Part shown: one piece after another, positions 29,422 to 35,498 of the stretch
Numbering within the stretch: position 1 is the stretch's first letter
Layout: each line of letters begins with the position of its first letter
Virus record (IMG/VR): IMGVR_UViG_2740892487_000006
Reading direction: 5' to 3' (one strand)
DNA: 35,498 nucleotides
Source of the DNA: a virus
Taxonomy: Duplodnaviria > Heunggongvirae > Uroviricota > Caudoviricetes
Program-made: the position numbers and the translations under genes
Notes under the pieces: generated by a model
What the model was told of the DNA's origin: nothing
Database searches by the model: none
The model's input: the letters and a program-made list of their open reading frames with translations, nothing else

Positions 29422-29811
29422 CCCCCGAACGCTGCGGGTATTATCCTCCCACCGCCAGATATGCCACCACTGGGGCAATTTGTCATACTGCCACCATACC
29501 AGCCTGCTCGACCGGCTGGCTTTTGACCCAAGCTGGCTCTCCGGTATGCTGAATGCAGCACACTGGAGTCTCAAAAATGTACATCGACAACTTCATTTAC
29601 CCCGCTACAATTGCTACCTGTAGCGGGTGTAGCAGGCTAAATGCTTGCAAGGAAAAATAAAACACCCTAATCAGCTCATAAATCAGCCAGCCTTGTCGCT
29701 AATCAGACATCCAGATACCAGACTGTGACACAGTGCGACAGCTCACCGTTGGAACCGCTACAACCCTGCTACACCCTCTTTCAAATCACAGTAAGCCGAT
29801 ACAGTAAATAA

Positions 29812-30444
29812 TCAGGACTGACTACAACCAAAATTACGCATACCATCAGAACTGTCTTTGGTAGCGAGCTTTGTTAAATATGACAAACTGCGATCAAGTT
29901 GACTGTAATAGTACTCAAAGTTTTTACCCTTCCTATCCAGCCTGAAATCCCCTTCCTTAACAAAATGCACCAGCGGGTAATACTTTTGATAATCAGGCGT
30001 GACATTGAGACTCAGCGTTCTCACCCAGGCTTCCATAATCATTAATGCCAGATTATGGATATACAGGCCTTGTATGGGGTAATAGGTACCCGCATTGCAG
30101 TACACATCGTTATTCAGCATCAATGCCACATGATAATGCTTCTTGCCCTTTTCTTCACCAAACTCTCTCGACCAGGCATAACGAACATTACAGGAGCGAA
30201 TACGTTTACCCTCTGCGGCTTTACGTTTCTGCGTATGTTCAATCTGAGATTTTAAAGATTCAATAAACCGGGTTATCAATTTAGGGTCTGCCTTGTAATG
30301 TTCATAATTCTCATCAGGCAATCTTAGTATGAGATTTAACACAAACGTCCTTGGGTATTCCTGTAAAGACTTATCAAGTGTTTCACGAATACGATCCATA
30401 TGATGCTGATTACTCAGTCCAAAAGGACTGATGAATGTTTTCAC
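29812..30444 (-). CDS. YfjJ/YagK-family protein (inovirus Gp2-like), typical of CP4-type islands
   Basis: 210-aa ORF preceded by a very AT-rich promoter region; family assignment from memory, moderate. Confidence 0.55.
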   Translation of the reverse strand: MKTFISPFGLSNQHHMDRIRETLDKSLQEYPRTFVLNLILRLPDENYEHYKADPKLITRFIESLKSQIEHTQKRKAAEGKRIRSCNVRYAWSREFGEEKGKKHYHVALMLNNDVYCNAGTYYPIQGLYIHNLALMIMEAWVRTLSLNVTPDYQKYYPLVHFVKEGDFRLDRKGKNFEYYYSQLDRSLSYLTKLATKDSSDGMRNFGCSQS

Positions 30445-31041
30445 GTTTAGCTCCTGATGTTAATCATCTCAATACAATAGACTGGATATGTAATTTATTA
30501 CTGTTATTTATATTTGGTATCATTGCCATGGGAGTGTGATAATACTAAATACAATACTTCTTTATTATTATAATACCAATCAACCACAGTTATTCTTCTG
30601 CATGTTAAATTTGCAATAGAAGAAGGAAACATCTAAAAACGTCAATTAACTTGCATAATATAGTCCGTAATTACTCCGAAGTTATAACATCTAAAACAAC
30701 TAATACAAACCTGTATTAATCTTGTTGATTCTTAATATCTCGATTAATACGTATCCCAATAAATTTCACACCTATATCACTAAAACGAACCACAACAGAT
30801 ATTCGTTTCCAGCTTGTATCTTGTTGATCTGCAACTCCGATCGATACTCAAATTAAGATAGTCACTGACTATCAATTAAATGTTATTGATCGTTTTTATG
30901 ATAGATAAAAGCGATCAATTTCAGCAAATCGATCTGTATTAACGATTATCCCATCCCCTGCCAAATGCATACGATTGGATGGCCTCAGACAAAGCTCAAA
31001 GGCCATTTTTATCTTATAAAACACTCAGTAAGGATTTTTTT

Positions 31042-31476
31042 ATGTTGAAGATAACCTCTGCACTGCTCTTGAGTGCCACGCTGTTCAGCGCCGCTTCGCA
31101 CGCCATGGGTCGGGAGCAGCAATGGGGTAGCTGGTTTGGCACTATCAATGTGATGGAGTTTGAACTTAACACCGACAACAGCGCAGGCGAACGCATGACT
31201 CTGACCTGCCGAGACAATCAGCTGGTCGTGGGTTACAGCGCACCAGATAAAGCTCATGCGGAAACGCCCGACGACGGACAAAAAACGGTGGGACTGAATA
31301 TCAACGCAGTACATTACCAGCCTGGCGAGGCGGCCTTTATGGCGCTTAAAAATACAAATGATGATGGTCGAATTGAAGTCACCCAGATGAACGAGCCTTT
31401 ATCTCACCTCTTTAAAACTACAGGGCTGCATGACGCATTGCAGGACCTGACCTGGGAAGACTGCATTAGCCATTAA
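31042..31476 (+). CDS. Putative secreted protein of unknown function (Sec signal peptide)
   Basis: MLKITSALLLSATLFSAASHA signal-like N-terminus from ATG 31042 (the track ORF begins at 30979); RBS AGGA upstream. Confidence 0.6.
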   Translation: MLKITSALLLSATLFSAASHAMGREQQWGSWFGTINVMEFELNTDNSAGERMTLTCRDNQLVVGYSAPDKAHAETPDDGQKTVGLNINAVHYQPGEAAFMALKNTNDDGRIEVTQMNEPLSHLFKTTGLHDALQDLTWEDCISH

Positions 31477-31535
31477 TCCTCTCCCCCACTACAAATTCAC
31501 CCGTGCCGTTAACAATAATGAATAAGGATGTCTTT

Positions 31536-32375
31536 ATGACGACATTAATTTCACGCATGATTTTATTCTGTGCTCTTTCATTTCCGGCATTCAGCTTTGC
31601 CATCACCATTCAAGGCAATATTCATCCTGAGCGCTTCACCTTCTTTCTGACGGAGAAAGGCGGTGAAATGCTGCGTGATATGAACAATGAGGCAGTCAGC
31701 GTCAAACTCAACAATAAAGCCGGTTTCAACGCTGAGGCACAAAGTAAGGCTGCGGCGGCAAATATATCTCCCTTGCTGTATGCCGCCTCACCGCTTGAAC
31801 AGAACTTTATCCGCTACGACGGAAAGCCTGTAAAAGCCCTGACCTGTCTCATCACCACTCGCACCATGCCGGGCCAGAACAAAAACTATGCATGGGAGGA
31901 AACCTACTGCCTGGATGAAACTGGTGCGGCCTACATTGGCACTAAAGGCTGGCCGTCTCGCACTATTTTCAGTAAGAGCTGTGCCGTGGGCGCTGCTGAT
32001 TGCCCTGTTTACCTGAGCATGAACAACGACCCGCCAACCCTGCGTAACGATACTGTTCAATATGTTCCTTACAACCGCGAACGCATGAATGGGCAGAAAG
32101 AACATAATCCTGAGCCAAAACCAACGCCTGCGGAAACCGTTACAGAGCAGGACGGTTATGTGGTGAGTTTTGTAAAAGCCAGCAACTGCGCAGACAACAA
32201 GCTCATTGTGAAAAATACAAGCTCGGGGAAAAGCGCTGTAATTGCAGGACTAAACGGGTGCACGTTTGATCCAAAGACTAATGCAGTCATCATCTTTACC
32301 CAAAATGAATACGTCGGCGTTTACAGTGGCCCCACTAACGCTTCTCAGGAAATAGCCTCCGCAGATCTTCCCTAA
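31536..32375 (+). CDS. Putative secreted Cys-containing protein of unknown function (Sec signal peptide)
   Basis: MTTLISRMILFCALSFPAFSFA signal-like N-terminus from ATG 31536 with RBS AAGGA; six Cys in the mature part. Confidence 0.6.
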   Translation: MTTLISRMILFCALSFPAFSFAITIQGNIHPERFTFFLTEKGGEMLRDMNNEAVSVKLNNKAGFNAEAQSKAAAANISPLLYAASPLEQNFIRYDGKPVKALTCLITTRTMPGQNKNYAWEETYCLDETGAAYIGTKGWPSRTIFSKSCAVGAADCPVYLSMNNDPPTLRNDTVQYVPYNRERMNGQKEHNPEPKPTPAETVTEQDGYVVSFVKASNCADNKLIVKNTSSGKSAVIAGLNGCTFDPKTNAVIIFTQNEYVGVYSGPTNASQEIASADLP

Positions 32376-32421
32376 TCACTCACCCTGTCCGGTATACGCT
32401 TCCTGCGATGCCGGACGTCTT

Positions 32422-32970
32422 ATGGACTTACCAATGAAAAACGCAAAATCGCCGGGCGATGCCGTGCCAGAAGAGCAATCGTTGGATCTGACCTGGCCCA
32501 TTGTTTTCAGTGTCGCCGGACTCACGCTGCTGCGAAGCAAATCAGTTGTATGCCAGACGCTCGGCGCAACCCTGACAACGCTCAGCCTGATAAGACTTAT
32601 AAAAAAAACTCGCCACCCTTGCCTGACAAATTCGTTTTCAGGCAAGCGGTCTATATCTGTGTCTAAAACTCAATCGCTGATGAAATATCAACGCTGGTTG
32701 CAACGCGCTGCTATCGACGGACTTTCCGTCGTTGCGGAGAAAACACTCAATGATGATGTCTTTATGTTATCCGTATGCACTAAAGTCTACCGTCGCTTGC
32801 CGCTGCCCATCAGAAGAGTCGTTAAGTGTGAATGGTGTCTTCAATATCTGCAGTACAGTAAGCCCATAATTCTGAGACGATTACAGAATCTTCGAGCCCA
32901 CACTGAAAATTCCTCTGCATTACCCAAGAATGCATCGGCCGAACAGCAACAACCCACGTCATTGCCCTGA
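32422..32970 (+). CDS. Hypothetical protein
   Basis: 182-aa ORF with no recognisable family; supported only by the intrinsic terminator directly after its stop. Confidence 0.35.
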   Translation: MDLPMKNAKSPGDAVPEEQSLDLTWPIVFSVAGLTLLRSKSVVCQTLGATLTTLSLIRLIKKTRHPCLTNSFSGKRSISVSKTQSLMKYQRWLQRAAIDGLSVVAEKTLNDDVFMLSVCTKVYRRLPLPIRRVVKCEWCLQYLQYSKPIILRRLQNLRAHTENSSALPKNASAEQQQPTSLP

Positions 32971-32987
32971 AAACTTCCTCTCAAGCC

Positions 32988-33016
32988 AGAACCACTCTTC
33001 GGAGTGGTTTTTTTAT
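32988..33016 (+). terminator. Intrinsic terminator
   Basis: ACCACTC-ttcg-GAGTGGT at 32991-33008 followed by a 7-T run. Confidence 0.6.
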
Positions 33017-33038
33017 GCCCAATTTAAAGGAGTTACCT

Positions 33039-33860
33039 ATGCGATTAGCCAGCCGCTTTGGCCGTATAAACCAGATACGCCGTGACCGGCCTCTGACCCA
33101 CGAAGAGCTGATGAGCCATGTCCCCAGCGTGTTCGGGAGCGACAAGCATGAATCTCGTTCAGAACGTTATACCTACATCCCTACCATCACCATCCTCGAA
33201 AGCCTGCATCGTGAAGGCTTTGAACCGTTCTTTGCCTGTCAGACAAAGGTTCGTGACCAGAGCAAGCGGGAACACACCAAACACATGCTTCGCCTGCGTC
33301 GTGCCGGTCAACTGACAGGACATCAGGTGCCGGAAATCATTCTACTTAACAGCCATGACGGCTCATCAAGCTACCAGATGTTGCCGGGGCTATTTCGAGG
33401 CGTCTGTACCAATGGTCTAGTCTGCGGCCAGTCATTCGGAGAAGTGCGGGTACCGCATAAAGGCAATGTCGTCGAGAAGGTGATTGAAGGGGCTTACGAA
33501 GTGCTCGGGGCCTTTGACCGGGTGGAGGAGAAGCGCGATGCAATGCAGTCGCTGGCGCTGCCAGCCCCGGCTCGTCATGCACTGGCGAATGCCGCACTGA
33601 AGTATCGATTCGGTGAGGACCACCAGCCAGTCACGGTATCGCAGTTGCTGACCCCACGTCGCCAGGAGGACTACAGCGATGACCTGTGGACCGTATACCA
33701 GCGCGTGCAGGAGAACCTGATGAAAGGTGGATTGTCAGGGCGAACCGCTCAGGGGAAAAGCAGCCGCACACGTGCAGTTACCGGTATTGATGGCGATGTG
33801 AAGCTCAATCGCGCCCTGTGGGTTATGGCAGAAAACATGCTCGAATTTTTCGGGCGTTAA
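33039..33860 (+). CDS. DUF932 protein, YfjQ/YafZ family
   Basis: 273 aa from ATG 33039 with RBS AAGGAG; same length as K-12 YfjQ and at the usual position upstream of the antirestriction gene. Confidence 0.7.
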   Translation: MRLASRFGRINQIRRDRPLTHEELMSHVPSVFGSDKHESRSERYTYIPTITILESLHREGFEPFFACQTKVRDQSKREHTKHMLRLRRAGQLTGHQVPEIILLNSHDGSSSYQMLPGLFRGVCTNGLVCGQSFGEVRVPHKGNVVEKVIEGAYEVLGAFDRVEEKRDAMQSLALPAPARHALANAALKYRFGEDHQPVTVSQLLTPRRQEDYSDDLWTVYQRVQENLMKGGLSGRTAQGKSSRTRAVTGIDGDVKLNRALWVMAENMLEFFGR

Positions 33861-33890
33861 ACAACCGTTCCGGCATAAGGAGATAGTTTA

Positions 33891-34334
33891 ATGGATACAC
33901 ACAACCCTGAGTTCGCTGAGCAGGCAGCAATTACTGCCTCGGTGGTCCCTGACGAGCTACGCATCGGCTTCTGGCCGCAGCACTTTGGCTCCATCCCACA
34001 ATGGATAACCCTTGAGCCCCGAATCTTTGCCTGGATGGACCGCCTGTGCACTGACTATCACGGCGGTATCTGGAACTTTTCGACGCTCAGCAACGGCGGC
34101 GCTTTTATGTCTCCTGAGTCGGAGGATGATGAAAAGTGGGCATTGTTTAACAGCATGAACGGCAATGGAGCAGAACTCACCAGTGAAGCAGCTGGAATAG
34201 TCGCCTGTCTGATGACATACAGTCACCACGCCTGTCGCACCGAGTGTGATGCGATGACTGAGCACTATTATCGCTTACGCGACTTCGCGCTGAACCATCC
34301 AGAGTGCAACTCCATTATGCATCTCATCGACTGA
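33891..34334 (+). CDS. Antirestriction protein, ArdB/KlcA family (YfjX/YeeR-like)
   Basis: 147-aa ORF in conserved order DUF932 / antirestriction / RadC-like / DUF987 / CbeA; assignment from recalled family resemblance and synteny. Confidence 0.65.
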   Translation: MDTHNPEFAEQAAITASVVPDELRIGFWPQHFGSIPQWITLEPRIFAWMDRLCTDYHGGIWNFSTLSNGGAFMSPESEDDEKWALFNSMNGNGAELTSEAAGIVACLMTYSHHACRTECDAMTEHYYRLRDFALNHPECNSIMHLID

Positions 34335-34346
34335 GGAGAGCCAAGC

Positions 34347-34889
34347 ATGAGTACCGCGTTATCCCCATTGTCATCACAGCCTGAACTCTTTCCGCTGGCG
34401 GTTATGGCTCAACATGGTTGCCTGCTTCCCGCGACTTCCGGATTGACACCCTATGCCCAACGGACCATTCGCCGGGCTATCAATCTGCTGGATAAATATC
34501 TGCGCCAGCCCGGCATATCTTTTACCTCAAGTGCTGCTGCCCGTGATTGGCTTCGGTTACAGCTGGCAGGACAAGAACGGGAAGTGTTTATGGTGCTCTA
34601 TCTTGATAATCAGCATCGTTTACTGGAGAGCGAAACGCTGTTTGCCGGTTCAGTTAATCATGTCCAGGTCCATCCCCGCGAAGTAGTGAAGTCAGCGCTT
34701 CGCTTAAATGCTGCAGCTGCCGTGCTGGCGCATAACCATCCATCCGGTGATCCGGAGCCCAGTCAATGTGACCGCAACATTACGGGCAGGCTTAAAGAAG
34801 CGTTAGCACTGGTTGATGTGAACACGCTCGATCATCTGGTCATCGGCTCAGGGGGCATTGTGTCGTTCGCGGAGCGAGGCTGGATATGA
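34347..34889 (+). CDS. RadC-like JAB-domain protein (YeeS/YfjY/YkfG family)
   Basis: Contains the JAMM-type motif HNHPSGDPEPS; true start may be the internal Met at 34404. Confidence 0.75.
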   Translation: MSTALSPLSSQPELFPLAVMAQHGCLLPATSGLTPYAQRTIRRAINLLDKYLRQPGISFTSSAAARDWLRLQLAGQEREVFMVLYLDNQHRLLESETLFAGSVNHVQVHPREVVKSALRLNAAAAVLAHNHPSGDPEPSQCDRNITGRLKEALALVDVNTLDHLVIGSGGIVSFAERGWI

Positions 34890-35107
34890 AAATCATCAGT
34901 AAACGCCAGGCAATGCCCCTATACCGGCAACATCCTGGCTCCCGGCTGTTTCGCTTCAGTACGGGAAAATATAAATGGTCAGGCAGTATCTGCCATTATG
35001 CTGGCCGCGAGGTGGAAGATATACGCGGCGTTCTGGCCGTATTTGCTGAACGTCGTCAGGACCGCAATGGTCCCTATGTCATTCTTCGAAGTGTCACTCT
35101 CAATTAA
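34886..35107 (+). CDS. DUF987 protein (YeeT/YpjJ family)
   Basis: 73-aa ORF overlapping the RadC-like stop and directly upstream of the CbeA-like antitoxin, as in CP4-44. Confidence 0.65.
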   Translation: MKIISKRQAMPLYRQHPGSRLFRFSTGKYKWSGSICHYAGREVEDIRGVLAVFAERRQDRNGPYVILRSVTLN

Positions 35108-35132
35108 TCTTTCCCTTTAATCAGGAACAATA

Positions 35133-35498
35133 ATGAACAATCACTCCGAATCCGGTACTAAGCCGGATAATCCCGCCTGCCAGCAGTGGGGACTAAAGCG
35201 CACGATCACACCCTGTTTTGGCGCTCGTCTGGTGCAGGAAGGCAACCGGGTGCATTTTCTCGCTGACCGGGCCGGATTCAACGGTGCTTTCAGCGACGGA
35301 GATGTATTACACCTGGACCAGGCTTTTCCCCTGATACTCAAGCAACTGGAACTAATGCTCACCAGCGGCAAGCTAAATCCCCGCTATCAGCACTGCGTCA
35401 CGTTTTACCACAACGGACTCACCTGCGAAGCCGATACACTCGGCTCCTGTGGTTATATCTACATTGCTATTTATCCTGACCAGACTGAGCCGCATTAG
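35133..35498 (+). CDS. cbeA: Type IV antitoxin CbeA/YeeU/YfjZ-like; the cognate CbtA-like toxin would lie just beyond the window
   Basis: 121-aa ORF ...WGLKRTITPCFGARLVQEGNRVHFLADRAGFNGAFSDGDVLHLDQAFPLILKQLELMLTSGKLNPRYQHCVTFYHNGLTCEADTLGSCGYIYIAIYP... resembles recalled YeeU. Confidence 0.8.
   Translation: MNNHSESGTKPDNPACQQWGLKRTITPCFGARLVQEGNRVHFLADRAGFNGAFSDGDVLHLDQAFPLILKQLELMLTSGKLNPRYQHCVTFYHNGLTCEADTLGSCGYIYIAIYPDQTEPH

Noticed and set aside
29430-29810. Possible tRNA or tmRNA gene marking the island attachment site
   Set aside because: No convincing cloverleaf (acceptor stem with T-arm GTTC motif) could be recognised by eye; the interval is better explained as a repeat-bearing regulatory region. 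A tRNA scan would settle it.

Overview
This window is the late region of a lambdoid prophage, broken in its side tail fibre gene by an IS903-family element and followed by part of a CP4-57-like island. All identifications below come from reading the sequence and recalling lambda and E. coli K-12 proteins from memory; no database search was run. Left to right: a Q-antiterminator 3' end; cold-shock paralogs cspF and cspB; a phage-21-type lysis cassette (pinholin, YdfR-like, SAR endolysin, Rz/Rz1); Qin-type cargo (cspI, gnsB-like, ydfO-like, ynfO-like); a lambda-identical cos site; and a near-lambda morphogenesis block nu1-A-W-B-C/nu3-D-E-FI-FII-Z-U-V-G/T-H-M-L-K-I-J-lom-stf. After the IS come a YfjJ-like gene, two signal-peptide proteins, a DUF932 gene, and an antirestriction/RadC-like/DUF987/CbeA-antitoxin block. 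The dominant anomaly is at least ten single-base length changes in A/T homopolymer runs that split otherwise conserved genes (A three times, B, D, Z, H, stf, Rz, gnsB); this is either a homopolymer sequencing artifact or genuine slippage decay. I found no CRISPR array, tRNA or rRNA, and no recognisable defence system inside the window. The most novel-looking candidates are a five-GATC cluster upstream of the two secreted-protein genes and a set of GCTACA-type repeats next to the IS.
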